A stretch of 64,000 nucleotides of DNA, taken from an uncultured virus (IMG/VR IMGVR_UViG_3300007542_000024). Lineage: Duplodnaviria; Heunggongvirae; Uroviricota; Caudoviricetes. The stretch lies in IMG/VR virus record IMGVR_UViG_3300007542_000024. One strand, 5' to 3'. Of this stretch, positions 39,711 through 48,706 are shown in pieces. Made by a program: the position numbers and the translations under genes. The notes beneath the pieces were generated by a model. It worked only from the letters and a program-made list of their open reading frames with translations, did no database searches and was not told the origin of the DNA. How positions within the stretch are numbered: position 1 is the stretch's first letter; each line of letters starts with the position of its first letter.

Positions 39711-41396
39711 ATGTCCGACTTCCCAGGCATCCCCAAGACGCTTCCCGTCACCGTCGGCGGCTCCGATCCGCTGGGGCGGTGCTTCGCCGAGGCGGTCGAC
39801 GTCACGCGCGCGGGCGGTGGGGGCCTGGAGAAGATCGCCGGCGTGCGCGAGCTGCATCCCGAGATCGACGCCTACCTGAAGCAGCTGCGGCCGGATCCGG
39901 CCTACCAGTTCGTGCTCATGACCCCGCTGGGGGCCTACGAGTACTGGGGGATGAACGTCAACGGGGACATCTTCCCCGAGATCGCGCTGGCGCACGACCA
40001 CCTCAAGCAGAACCCCCGAGACGTCATCAGGCGCCTCGAGGCACGCTGGGTGACCCCGCACGGGCGACGCCTCCCCCCGGGCAACTACCACGAGTTCGGG
40101 CACAAGACGTTCCTGAACGCCAAGCGCTACCTGCACCACGTCAACAAGAACCCCGAGATCGCCTACGGGGACATCGTGGTGGCGGTCTACAACCCCGCGA
40201 TGCACCGCGTGGAGGTCATCGTCCGGCACGACCGGGAGATGGCCAAGAAGGTGGGGGCGCAGGATGTCATCGACGACATCGACGAGCGCAAGCCTCGCCA
40301 GATCTCGATGGGGTGCAAGGTTCCCTTCGACGTCTGCACCAAGTGCGGCTCCATCTCGAAGACCACGCGCGACTACTGCGAGTGCCTGCTCACGCAGCGG
40401 GCACAGATCCTGCCTGACGGGCGGATCGTCGGCATGGTCAACCTCTTCCCCCGCTTCTTCGACCTCTCGGACGTCTTCGTTCCGGCAGCGAAGGAGTCCG
40501 GGGTACTGCTCAAGGTGGCCTCGGCGGCAGGGACCCGCTTCTTCGTGCCGCACTCCTACTTCGAGCGCATTGGTACGCGGCCGCCAGCGGACGCCATCGA
40601 GGTGACGCGCGAAGGCGTGCTGGTCAAGGTGGCGCACGACAAGCAGGCCGAAGCTGCCAAGAGCGCCGAAGTGACCAAGGAGATCCTCCCCAACGCTGGC
40701 CCGAATGTGGAGCGCCTGACTGCGCGCGAACCCGACATTCCAACCGGCCTGTTGGGGGGCGACTTCGAGCAGCTCGTCAACACGCTGGCGCTGCTGGGGA
40801 TCGTGCTCAAGCCACACGAGTTCCAGCACGGAGCGCTCACAGGCGCGGGCCTGGGTGACCTGGCGTCCCAGCTGAGCGCGAAGCGCCAGGTGTTCACGCC
40901 GGCTACCTCCGAGAGTGCGCTTCGCCTGAGCTGCGAGAGCTACAGTCCGAACCTCGCGCGCCTGTTGGCGTCCTTGCTGGCGTCCCGGTCTGCCTTCCAT
41001 CCGCACCTTCCCGCGCGCTCGTTGCAGCTCGTCGTGGTGAAGTCTCCCAAGCTCCCGCCCAAGCGAGAGCAGGTCGAGAACACGCCACCTCTGCAGAAGG
41101 TTGCGGAGGCCTACGACGCCTACAGGAAGGCACTTGTCTACCTTCCAGGCCTGCTACCGCAGGCTATCGACAACGACCCGGCCTTCTACCGGGAGCACTA
41201 TCTGGGAGAACTCTTCGAGAACTCCTGGGAGAAGCTCGCGTCGGGGAGTACCGAGAAGGGGTTGTCTCCGCCCCCCGTATCGGTATACCTTACGGCTGCG
41301 CACCGTGATCGCGGTGGTGTTCCTTCTTCGTGGGATCGGGTACTACCTCCACACACAGCCGCACGGGCACTGCTCGGAATCGAGGATCTCTCATGA
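39711..41396 (+). CDS. Prohead (capsid maturation) serine protease, putative
   Basis: YLHHVN...GDIV, ISMGCKV with Zn-ribbon insert CTKCG...YCEC, and FDLSDVFVPA, corresponding to the H, S-x-G and E-x-S-x-V-x-x-P-A motifs of HK97/assemblin-fold proteases; upstream of the capsid gene. Confidence 0.75.
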   Translation: MSDFPGIPKTLPVTVGGSDPLGRCFAEAVDVTRAGGGGLEKIAGVRELHPEIDAYLKQLRPDPAYQFVLMTPLGAYEYWGMNVNGDIFPEIALAHDHLKQNPRDVIRRLEARWVTPHGRRLPPGNYHEFGHKTFLNAKRYLHHVNKNPEIAYGDIVVAVYNPAMHRVEVIVRHDREMAKKVGAQDVIDDIDERKPRQISMGCKVPFDVCTKCGSISKTTRDYCECLLTQRAQILPDGRIVGMVNLFPRFFDLSDVFVPAAKESGVLLKVASAAGTRFFVPHSYFERIGTRPPADAIEVTREGVLVKVAHDKQAEAAKSAEVTKEILPNAGPNVERLTAREPDIPTGLLGGDFEQLVNTLALLGIVLKPHEFQHGALTGAGLGDLASQLSAKRQVFTPATSESALRLSCESYSPNLARLLASLLASRSAFHPHLPARSLQLVVVKSPKLPPKREQVENTPPLQKVAEAYDAYRKALVYLPGLLPQAIDNDPAFYREHYLGELFENSWEKLASGSTEKGLSPPPVSVYLTAAHRDRGGVPSSWDRVLPPHTAARALLGIEDLS

Positions 41397-41824
41397 GCGA
41401 CATGGCCTCCCTCCTGGACTCCATCTACAACTCCGACCAGCGGGTGAGCCCCCTCGAGAAGACCGCCGAGGCGGCCATGCTCGAGCAGCTGGGGCAGTCC
41501 GGACAGACCGCCGGCGCGCTGCGCGACATGAGCACCGCCGAGCTCATCGCCCTGGCCACGCAGCTCGAGGCCGACGAGGGCACCGAGAAGACGGCCTCCG
41601 CCCAGCCGGCCGCGGCGGAGCCCGAGGACACCTCCGAGCTCGAGAAGGTGGCCTACGACACCTTCGGCGGGCAGCTGATGGCCCACGCCTTCACCCACGA
41701 GCTGGGGCTCATGAAGGTCGCCATGATCAACGGCAAGTGCCGCGTGTGCAAGGAGAACGCCATGGACATCCAGGGCAGCTCCATCTGCAGCGCCTGCCAC
41801 GCCGAGGCAGACAGCGCCGAATAG
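41393..41824 (+). CDS. Acidic scaffold-like protein A (143 aa)
   Basis: LLDSIY, EKTAE, EKTAS, EKVAY, GQLMAHAFTHEL; C-terminal CRVC...CSAC. Confidence 0.75.
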   Translation: MSDMASLLDSIYNSDQRVSPLEKTAEAAMLEQLGQSGQTAGALRDMSTAELIALATQLEADEGTEKTASAQPAAAEPEDTSELEKVAYDTFGGQLMAHAFTHELGLMKVAMINGKCRVCKENAMDIQGSSICSACHAEADSAE

Positions 41825-41828
41825 CGCT

Positions 41829-42128
41829 ATGCTGGAATCCTTCGCCACGGAGCTCGAGAAGTTGGCCAACACCGCCACCAAGAACGTCCCTCAAGTCGGC
41901 CTGGGCATGACCCTGCCGTCTGGGAACAGCGGTGCTGGTGTGCGAACTTCGTCGGCGCGCGGCCTGGGAATCAAGCACCAGCCTCCGATGCCTCGACCGC
42001 CGCGGGGAATGAGCAGCAAGGCGGTCAAGACCCCCAGCACGGGACGGCTTGGCACCAAGATCGACCCCGCTCGCGGGATCAAGACTGTACCAACCCCGCT
42101 CCGAGGTGATACCTTGGTGCGTGCGTGA
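41829..42128 (+). CDS. Small basic protein with SFATELEKLA leader
   Basis: 99 aa, Pro/Arg/Lys-rich after the leader. Confidence 0.7.
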   Translation: MLESFATELEKLANTATKNVPQVGLGMTLPSGNSGAGVRTSSARGLGIKHQPPMPRPPRGMSSKAVKTPSTGRLGTKIDPARGIKTVPTPLRGDTLVRA

Positions 42129-42144
42129 CCTACGAGGACCACCC

Positions 42145-42834
42145 ATGCTCTCTCTGAACGACATGATCCGTCAGGCCATCGGGGACGCGGAAGAGGCCGA
42201 GCAGTCGGCCCCGACCACTCCCGAGGTGCAGGCGGCTCCCCCCGCCTCTTCCGGTGCGAGCATCGACCACGGTGAGCTGAGCAAGCTCGCCAGCGCGCTG
42301 GAGTTCGTCGGTACCCGCGGTGTCGAGTCCCTGCTGGTGCTCGAGAAGGACGCCAGCGCCGCCGCGCCGCCCGCGGGCACCAACGCCGGGCAGACGCACG
42401 GCGAGAAGAAGCAGTCCCAGGTGCAGCCGCACAAGGGCGCTCCTCCCATGAAGCCCAAGGCCACGGGTGCTCCCGACGACAACGAGCACCAGCGCCCGGG
42501 CGGCAACGCCCCCTCGCCCGACACCTCGAGCACCCAGAAGGGCGCCAGCCACCCCGGCCTCAAGAGCAACGAAGCCGCCATCGGCGTCACCAAGGCCGAC
42601 AAGGCCAAGCTCGTCGCCCCCGCGCTCTCCAAGCTGCTCTCCGCCACCCCCTTCGCGGACCCCAAGGTGAAGGAGAACCTGCGCAACGCGGGCAAGGCCG
42701 GCGAGCGCAACATCAACGCGGGCAAGGCCAAGACCGCCTCGGGCGAGGCCGCTCCCCAGCTCCCCCCGGGGGTCAACCTCGAGCAGGTGCGCGAAGAGCT
42801 CGCGCGCCGCGTCAACGACGGAGGGCAGGCCTGA
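42145..42834 (+). CDS. Low-complexity putative scaffold/core protein (229 aa)
   Basis: ATG 42145 after GAGGA; SKLAS, EKDAS, AKTAS. Confidence 0.7.
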   Translation: MLSLNDMIRQAIGDAEEAEQSAPTTPEVQAAPPASSGASIDHGELSKLASALEFVGTRGVESLLVLEKDASAAAPPAGTNAGQTHGEKKQSQVQPHKGAPPMKPKATGAPDDNEHQRPGGNAPSPDTSSTQKGASHPGLKSNEAAIGVTKADKAKLVAPALSKLLSATPFADPKVKENLRNAGKAGERNINAGKAKTASGEAAPQLPPGVNLEQVREELARRVNDGGQA

Positions 42835-43220
42835 TGCTCACCAAGATCGGATCCGCCGAGCTCAACGGGCTCCTCATCAAGTCCGCCGCCGCCATCCGCG
42901 ACCTCTCCGCCGAGAACGAGCAGCTGCGTGCTCAGCTCGCCAAGAAGGACCGGCGCGAGCACGCCGTCAAGATCGCCAGCGTGGCGGTCGAGCGCGGCAT
43001 CGTGGCCGAGGACGCGCAGGCCGAGTACGCGCAGACCCTCGCTTCCGGCTCCCGGAACCTCGATGACGTCGAGGAACTGGTCAGCCACGCCGCCGCTGGA
43101 CTCCCCCTGGGCGAACTCACCAAGGAGGCTGCCGACGGCGACGGCGCTTCCGGAGTCGTCCCGGGCGCCGCCGAGCAGAAGTTCGCCTCCTTCCTCACGA
43201 ACAGTGGCATCGTCCACTAG
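42834..43220 (+). CDS. Coiled-coil putative scaffold protein
   Basis: 128 aa; IKSAA, VKIAS, TKEAA; just before the decoration and capsid genes. Confidence 0.7.
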   Translation: MLTKIGSAELNGLLIKSAAAIRDLSAENEQLRAQLAKKDRREHAVKIASVAVERGIVAEDAQAEYAQTLASGSRNLDDVEELVSHAAAGLPLGELTKEAADGDGASGVVPGAAEQKFASFLTNSGIVH

Positions 43221-43247
43221 ACCGCTTTCCCTCCGCAGGAGCATCCC

Positions 43248-43718
43248 ATGCTGAACCTCATCAGCTCCGTGAGCGACAACTTCCGTCGCGACATCCCCGT
43301 GGCGGACGAGACCTACCTCAACCCGACCGAGGCCGAGGCCTACGACCAGGGCGAGTGGCTCGTGCGCGATTCCTCCGGCAACCTCGAGCGCGTGGGCGCG
43401 GACTCGGTGTCCGACGCCATGCAGATCTGGACCCAGAAGGGCGACACCGCCGCCCAGGCCATCTCCAAGATCGCCGTGATCCAGCTGCACGAGTACGAGG
43501 CCGAGACCGACATGTTCGAGGACGGCGGCGCCGGCTTCGCCCCCGGCACCAAGCTCACCGTGAAGACCCTCTCCGACGTCGATGGCGAGGACTTCCGCAC
43601 CGGTCTCACCCAGGCCGCCGCGGGTGAGTACGTCTACGGCGTGGTCATCACCGACCCCGACGACAACGGCGGGCTGATCAAGTACCGTCGCTCCCCCGCC
43701 TACCTCTGGGTCAGCTGA
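43248..43718 (+). CDS. Putative capsid decoration/cement protein
   Basis: 156 aa, beta-rich and acidic, immediately upstream of the major capsid gene. Confidence 0.55.
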   Translation: MLNLISSVSDNFRRDIPVADETYLNPTEAEAYDQGEWLVRDSSGNLERVGADSVSDAMQIWTQKGDTAAQAISKIAVIQLHEYEAETDMFEDGGAGFAPGTKLTVKTLSDVDGEDFRTGLTQAAAGEYVYGVVITDPDDNGGLIKYRRSPAYLWVS

Positions 43719-43738
43719 CGGGTAGCTCCCCGTCAGCT
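43713..43738 (+). other. 10-bp hairpin in the leader of the major capsid gene
   Basis: AGCTGACGGG-tagctc-CCCGTCAGCT; no U-tract. Confidence 0.6.
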
Positions 43739-43793
43739 TGACCTCCACCCTGCTCTCTCCACCTTCCGGAGAACCTCCCACCAGGAGACCAAC

Positions 43794-44822
43794 ATGAGCA
43801 CCGACGCTGCCACCCTGAACCAGCTCTTCCTGGCCCATCTGGAGCACCCCGAGGGCAAGGAGAAGCTCGCGGCCGTGGGCCGTACCTACGTGCGTGACAA
43901 GCTGCGCGAGAACAGCTTCGCCCGCAAGATCCTCCCGCCCCAGATGGTCACCAAGGCCGACATGCAGGTGTCCGTGAACCACGACACCCTCGTCTACATC
44001 GACGAGATCGAGCCCAACTCCAGGGCCATGTCGCTGACCTTCCGCGGCCAGCCCACCGCGCGCTACATCCGCGCCTCCCGCTACGAGATCCCCATCTTCA
44101 CCATCTCGAGCGAGCGCTTCGAGAAGACGGAGCAGGAGCTCCTCGCCTACCGGATGCCCATCACCCGGGTGATCGAGGACAACTCGGTCAAGGACATCCA
44201 GGAGATCGAGGACTACCGCTTCCTGGTCTACGTCGATGCGGCCATCTCCAACACCGAGCAGATCGTCAAGGGCACCCAGGCCCAGGACGATATCGAGGCC
44301 AACGGGCTGAACTCCGGCTTCCGCGGCACCCTCGAGCGCGCCGACCTGGTCCTGCTGTTCAAGGAGCTCGACTCCCGTCGTCGCCGCCTGGCCACGGTGC
44401 TGATGAACGAGGAGAACTGGGACGATGTCCTGAACTGGACCATCGAGGACTTCGGCGACAAGCAGGCCTCGGTGACCGTCGACGGCTACACCTACGACCG
44501 CCTGATGGGTCGGAAGATCATCCGTACCATCAAGACGGACATCCTCCAGACCGGCAACATCTACGGCTTCTGCGCGCCCGAGTGGCTCGGCAAGTTCCTC
44601 ATCCTGAACGCCACCAAGTTCTACATCGACAAGGTGTACAACCTGGTCATGTGGCAGGCCTGGGAGGACATCGGCATGGGCATCGGCAACATCGCCAGCA
44701 TGGCCAAGCTCGAGCTCTACAACGACACCACCGACGTCCTGATCTCCGAGGATGAGGTCGGCACCACGGTCTACAACGAGGCCGACGATGGTCTGACCTT
44801 CCCGCAGGTCAGCCACTACTAG
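43794..44822 (+). CDS. Major capsid protein (HK97 fold, putative)
   Basis: 342 aa, AGGAG RBS, strong codon bias; RDKLRENSFARKIL and DIQEIEDYRFL fit HK97-fold capsid helices; follows protease and scaffold genes. Confidence 0.75.
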   Translation: MSTDAATLNQLFLAHLEHPEGKEKLAAVGRTYVRDKLRENSFARKILPPQMVTKADMQVSVNHDTLVYIDEIEPNSRAMSLTFRGQPTARYIRASRYEIPIFTISSERFEKTEQELLAYRMPITRVIEDNSVKDIQEIEDYRFLVYVDAAISNTEQIVKGTQAQDDIEANGLNSGFRGTLERADLVLLFKELDSRRRRLATVLMNEENWDDVLNWTIEDFGDKQASVTVDGYTYDRLMGRKIIRTIKTDILQTGNIYGFCAPEWLGKFLILNATKFYIDKVYNLVMWQAWEDIGMGIGNIASMAKLELYNDTTDVLISEDEVGTTVYNEADDGLTFPQVSHY

Positions 44823-44842
44823 GCCCGGACGGAGGCTGAGCG

Positions 44843-45340
44843 ATGCCTGTGATGGTGACCATCAGGAACCGGCGCCCGCGCAAGACCGTCAAGGTCTGCG
44901 GGCGCTACCTCGCCTGTACCCGCGTCCAGAAGGCCGCGGGGAAGGGCGGTACCCTGGACATCACCGAGGAGCAGCTCGCCTCCAGCACCGTGCAACGCCT
45001 GCTCGCGCTGAAGCGCATCGAGATCGTCGGGCGGTCCGGGACGGCGGTGACGCCGCCTCGCGACGAGCCCCCAGCTCCTGCAGCAGCGTCGGAGGAGCCG
45101 ACGCCCGTCGAAGAGGAGCCCGCCCCCGAGCCGCCTGTCGATCCCGAGCCGGAGCCCGAGCCGGAGCCTGCACCTGCGCCAGAACCCTCTCCCCCGCCCA
45201 AGCAGTGGACGCGGGATGAGCTCGAGGGCAAGACCCTCCCCGAGCTTCGCCCGCTCTACACGCGCCTGACCGACGCCAGCCCGAGCGGTCTCCGCAAGGC
45301 TGACATCATCGACGGCATCATCGGCGCCCAGGAGGCCTGA
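44843..45340 (+). CDS. Protein with Pro/Glu linker and C-terminal Rho-N/HeH-like motif
   Basis: PEPEPEPEPAPAPEP linker; ELEGKTLPELRPLY...GLRKADIIDGI. Confidence 0.7.
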   Translation: MPVMVTIRNRRPRKTVKVCGRYLACTRVQKAAGKGGTLDITEEQLASSTVQRLLALKRIEIVGRSGTAVTPPRDEPPAPAAASEEPTPVEEEPAPEPPVDPEPEPEPEPAPAPEPSPPPKQWTRDELEGKTLPELRPLYTRLTDASPSGLRKADIIDGIIGAQEA

Positions 45341-45540
45341 TGTCCAAGCTCTCGTCTCCTCTGCGCACCAAGCGGCCCGACTCCGTCTCGGTGTGCGGCA
45401 AGCTGCTGCGCAAGGGGCAGTCCACCACCGTGGATGAGTCCGCTGTCGGCCCCTCCGAGCGTCGGAAGGAAGCCAACGGCCTCATCAAGATCCGCAGGGC
45501 ACGCGAGCGTGGCAAGCTCAAGGTGACCTGCGTCAAGTGA
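45340..45540 (+). CDS. Small basic protein
   Basis: 66 aa, AGGAGG and TGATG coupling; RPDSVSVCGKLL resembles RPRKTVKVCGRYL of the preceding gene. Confidence 0.65.
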   Translation: MSKLSSPLRTKRPDSVSVCGKLLRKGQSTTVDESAVGPSERRKEANGLIKIRRARERGKLKVTCVK

Positions 45541-45544
45541 GCCT

Positions 45545-46009
45545 GTGGCAACTCCTATCTCCGAGGACCAGTTCATCTCCGAAGTCCGCGGCTTCATGCG
45601 GGACCACCCGGACCTGAACCAGCTGATCTACGGCGAGGAGAGTACCAACAGGCAGATTCGCTTCGCCGCCTGGCTGGCCATCGACGAGTGGAACGTGCGG
45701 CCTCCGGTCAGCTCGGCCACCTTCGCGACGTTCCCGTCGCGGTTCATCCTTCTCTTTCTCACCATCATCCACCTCCTCACGTCCGTCGGGCTGCTGAAGG
45801 CCAGGAACTCCATCACCTACAACGATGGCGGCTTCTCGGTGCAGGACAACGAGGCCCAGGAACGTCTCTACAAGCAGTGGATTCAGGTCCTGCGCGCTCA
45901 AGTCGACCCTGTGATGCGGGACCTCAAGATCTCGCTGAACATTGCAGGCGGTTGGGGAGCCGGAGTGGGCTCTACCTACGGGCAACTCCACGGGTGGTAT
46001 GGTAGTTGA
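45545..46009 (+). CDS. Putative head-tail adaptor/neck protein
   Basis: 154 aa; post-capsid position, helical with ITYNDGGFSV beta-hairpin. Confidence 0.55.
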   Translation: MATPISEDQFISEVRGFMRDHPDLNQLIYGEESTNRQIRFAAWLAIDEWNVRPPVSSATFATFPSRFILLFLTIIHLLTSVGLLKARNSITYNDGGFSVQDNEAQERLYKQWIQVLRAQVDPVMRDLKISLNIAGGWGAGVGSTYGQLHGWYGS

Positions 46010-46034
46010 CTCGTCTTCCTTTTCCCCATACGCT
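46006..46034 (+). promoter_or_regulatory. sigma70-like promoter TTGACT-N17-TACGCT
   Basis: 17-bp spacer counted; ends 37 nt before ATG 46071. Confidence 0.55.
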
Positions 46035-46070
46035 GCAAGCGTGCCGACCAATCCTCCCCCGGAGTTCCTC

Positions 46071-47003
46071 ATGGCCATCCACGACGTCCTCGCCCGCATC
46101 TACGGCCTCGACAAGACCGCCTCCGAGCAGGAGACGGAGCTCGACCTCGACAACATGAGCGCCGTCGACTTCCTCGCCGGCATCGAGAGCGGCGAGATCG
46201 TCTACGTCGACGGTGACGAGCCCGAGGCCGAGAAGACCGCCGGCGACGAGGGAGAGCTCGACCTCGACAACATGAGCGCGACCCAGCTCCTGCAGGGGCT
46301 CGAGAGCGGCGAGATCGTGTTCGACGACGGCAGCGATCCCGAGGCCGAGAAGACCGCGGGCTTCGACCTCGACAGCCTCACCCAGGAGCAGCTCGAGAGC
46401 ATGTCGGCCGAGGAGCTCATCGAGCTGGCCAACTCGCTCGACGAGGATCCCGGGGAGCAGGAGAAGGTCGCCGCCGAGCAGCAGTACTGGCTCGACGCCG
46501 GGGCCCTGATGGCGCGCGGCTACGCCTCCGAGCTGGAGAAGCTGTCCTCCGAGCAGATGCCCGACGAGCTCGAGATCGACATGAGCAAGATCACCGGCGC
46601 CGATCTCGTGGAGCTCATGGAGCACTACGAGTTCGTCGAGGACGACGAGCCCCAGGTGGAGAAGACCGCCGGCGGGCTGGGCAGCCTCCTGAAGTTCAAG
46701 GGCGCCCGGAAGGCCTTCAAGGGCTCCCGGAAGGCCGGCGAGACGGCCGAGGAGGCCCTGAAGGCGCGCAAGAGCGCCGCCAAGGACGCCGCCAAGGCGG
46801 CGGGCAAGGGCGACGACAAGGCCGTCGTCGATGCCTTCAAGCGCGGCCGCGACGCCCACAAGGCCGGCAAGGCCGCCAAGAAGGAAGCCCGCAAGCTGCG
46901 CCGCAAGGGCTACAAGAAGGCCGGGCAGAGCGCCGCGGTCTACGGCGGTGGCCTGGCCGCCGCTGGCGGACTCGCCGCGGGCACCAAGGCCGCGCTGGAC
47001 TAG
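46071..47003 (+). CDS. Scaffold-like protein B: acidic repeats plus Lys/Ala-rich tail (310 aa)
   Basis: ELDLDNMSA...ESGEIV...PEAEKTAG twice; GALMARGYASELEKLS; basic tail with terminal glycine zipper. Confidence 0.8.
   Translation: MAIHDVLARIYGLDKTASEQETELDLDNMSAVDFLAGIESGEIVYVDGDEPEAEKTAGDEGELDLDNMSATQLLQGLESGEIVFDDGSDPEAEKTAGFDLDSLTQEQLESMSAEELIELANSLDEDPGEQEKVAAEQQYWLDAGALMARGYASELEKLSSEQMPDELEIDMSKITGADLVELMEHYEFVEDDEPQVEKTAGGLGSLLKFKGARKAFKGSRKAGETAEEALKARKSAAKDAAKAAGKGDDKAVVDAFKRGRDAHKAGKAAKKEARKLRRKGYKKAGQSAAVYGGGLAAAGGLAAGTKAALD
46137..46358 (+). repeat. Imperfect tandem repeat, period about 117-120 nt, within the CDS
   Basis: GAGCTCGACCTCGACAACATGAGCGC at 46137 and 46254; CCCGAGGCCGAGAAGACCGC twice. 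Confidence 0.85.
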
Positions 47004-47073
47004 GCCCCTACCCCTACCCCCCACGACTGGGTGCCTGCGTCAAGGGCACCATGCCCCAAGCAGGAGGCACCCC

Positions 47074-47457
47074 ATGAACGAACTGCTCGCAGGCATCTAC
47101 GGCACCGGCGACATGGAGAAGGTCGCCTCCCCCGTGGACCCGACCCGCCAGATGACCCTCGACGACCTGGCCACCGTCATCGTCGTCGACAGTCTCGGTG
47201 ACGGCGCGGACATGGAGAAGGTCGCCGAGGCGCACCAGGAGGTCTTCGCCGACCTGGTGTCCTTCGATCGCGCCGGACGCGCCATGGCCCACCACGAGTT
47301 CACCGAGATGGAGAAGATGGCGGCCGCGGGTGACACGGAGGCCCTCGAGGCCTTCTTCGCCGATGTCGAGTTCGACGACGGCGGTGAGCCCGACCCCCGT
47401 CACGCCGCGCGCGAAGCCATCGCCGCGGAGCTGCAGCGCCGCGCCGGCCTGCAGTAG
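47074..47457 (+). CDS. Acidic scaffold-like protein C (127 aa)
   Basis: AGGAGG RBS; LLAGIY, MEKVAS, MEKVAE, GRAMAHHEFTEMEKMAA. Confidence 0.8.
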   Translation: MNELLAGIYGTGDMEKVASPVDPTRQMTLDDLATVIVVDSLGDGADMEKVAEAHQEVFADLVSFDRAGRAMAHHEFTEMEKMAAAGDTEALEAFFADVEFDDGGEPDPRHAAREAIAAELQRRAGLQ

Positions 47458-47466
47458 GAGGGCGGC

Positions 47467-48105
47467 GTGCACCGCCCCGGCGCCTTCGTCCGGGTTGCGG
47501 GCACCCTGGAGAAGGTCGCTCGCATCTACGGCAACATCCCCCTGACTCCTGGGGAGTACTCCTGGTCTGATCGCTACAAGGGCACCCCCTTCTACCGGGA
47601 GGCCCTGGAGATCGAACGCCAGGAGGCTCTCGAGGAGGCGCAGGAGGCCCGCGAGCACGTCGAGCAGGAGTCCTCGCACGCGGCCGAGTCTGCTCTCCGA
47701 GTCGAGATCGCCCAGCTGGAGGCCGCTCTCGTGGAGTGGCGCTACCAGAACATGGGGCTCTCCAAGGGGCAGGCCACCGCGCTGGCCAAGACCGCGGCCC
47801 TGTGCGGTCACGTGGCCAAGTGCGTCGAGGGTGGCGGTCCCGTCGAGTGGTCTGACGCCTTCAAGGGGTCGCCCTACTACCAGCAGGCCATCGAGCTGGA
47901 GAAGCGCGACGCCGAGATGGAGGCTGCTCGTGCAGCCAAGCAGGCGGCCAGGCCGGTGTCCAACCGCTGGGCCGTTCGTCGAGCGCGCCGCACGGCCCTC
48001 GAGGCCAAGTACCTGGCCTGGAAGCAGCAACAGCAGGGCGGCGCCCCCACCCAACCTCAACGGGAGGCGGAGCCGGCGGTTCAGGTCTCCGTCCCACGCG
48101 AGTAG
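47467..48105 (+). CDS. Two-repeat helical protein
   Basis: WSDRYKGTPFYREALEIE / WSDAFKGSPYYQQAIELE, each preceded by K-x-A. Confidence 0.75.
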   Translation: MHRPGAFVRVAGTLEKVARIYGNIPLTPGEYSWSDRYKGTPFYREALEIERQEALEEAQEAREHVEQESSHAAESALRVEIAQLEAALVEWRYQNMGLSKGQATALAKTAALCGHVAKCVEGGGPVEWSDAFKGSPYYQQAIELEKRDAEMEAARAAKQAARPVSNRWAVRRARRTALEAKYLAWKQQQQGGAPTQPQREAEPAVQVSVPRE

Positions 48106-48108
48106 ATC

Positions 48109-48699
48109 ATGAGCCACTCCTTGCCCCCCGAGCTCGCCCGCGGGTTCTTCTCCGAGCTGGAGAAGGTTGCCATCCTCCTCGGTGCCGGCACCGGAGCGGT
48201 CGCTGCCGGTCAAGGGAACCGGGGCGAGGGTGCGCTGTACGGAGGTGCCGGAGGCATCTTGGGCGCCATGGCTGGCGCGACCCCGGGCGCTCTCGCTCAG
48301 ATGGCGCGCGACACTCCCAAGAAGGCACGCCGTGGGCGAGGGAAGATCTCGGCCCTGACCGCTCTCGGCGTCCTCACCGGAGAGGCTCTGGGCGGCGTCG
48401 CCGGCGGGCGCCTGGCCAAGAAGCACGCCCAGGAGCGCCGGGCAAAGCACCGGGAAGCCACCAAGAAGGCCGTGCGCGAAGCCCTCGCCGAGCAGAAGGA
48501 GAAGAAGGGCTCGGTCGAGAAGGTCGCTATCTCCGTCGCCGGTCCGGCGCAGCCGGGGGGCGCTGCGTTCGTGTTCCAGCTGGCCCGGAGTTCCCAGCGA
48601 GAGACCCAGCGCAACCTGCTGCGCCGCACCGGCAAGAAGGCGGTCAAGCTGCGCAAGAAGATCCCGGCTCCCCAGCAGGTGCCCGCCGCCGCCAAGTAG
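48109..48699 (+). CDS. Basic glycine-zipper protein with GFFSELEKVA leader
   Basis: 196 aa; ILLGAGTGAVAAG, GALYGGAGGILGAMAG; second VEKVA. Confidence 0.75.
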   Translation: MSHSLPPELARGFFSELEKVAILLGAGTGAVAAGQGNRGEGALYGGAGGILGAMAGATPGALAQMARDTPKKARRGRGKISALTALGVLTGEALGGVAGGRLAKKHAQERRAKHREATKKAVREALAEQKEKKGSVEKVAISVAGPAQPGGAAFVFQLARSSQRETQRNLLRRTGKKAVKLRKKIPAPQQVPAAAK

Positions 48700-48706
48700 G
48701 TGACCC

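Noticed and set aside
43794..44822. Encapsulin nanocompartment with cargo-loading peptides
   Set aside because: The shell gene sits in a full head-tail morphogenesis module, so a phage capsid is the simpler reading.
46137..46358. CRISPR-like DNA repeats
   Set aside because: Only two copies, in frame, encoding a protein repeat.
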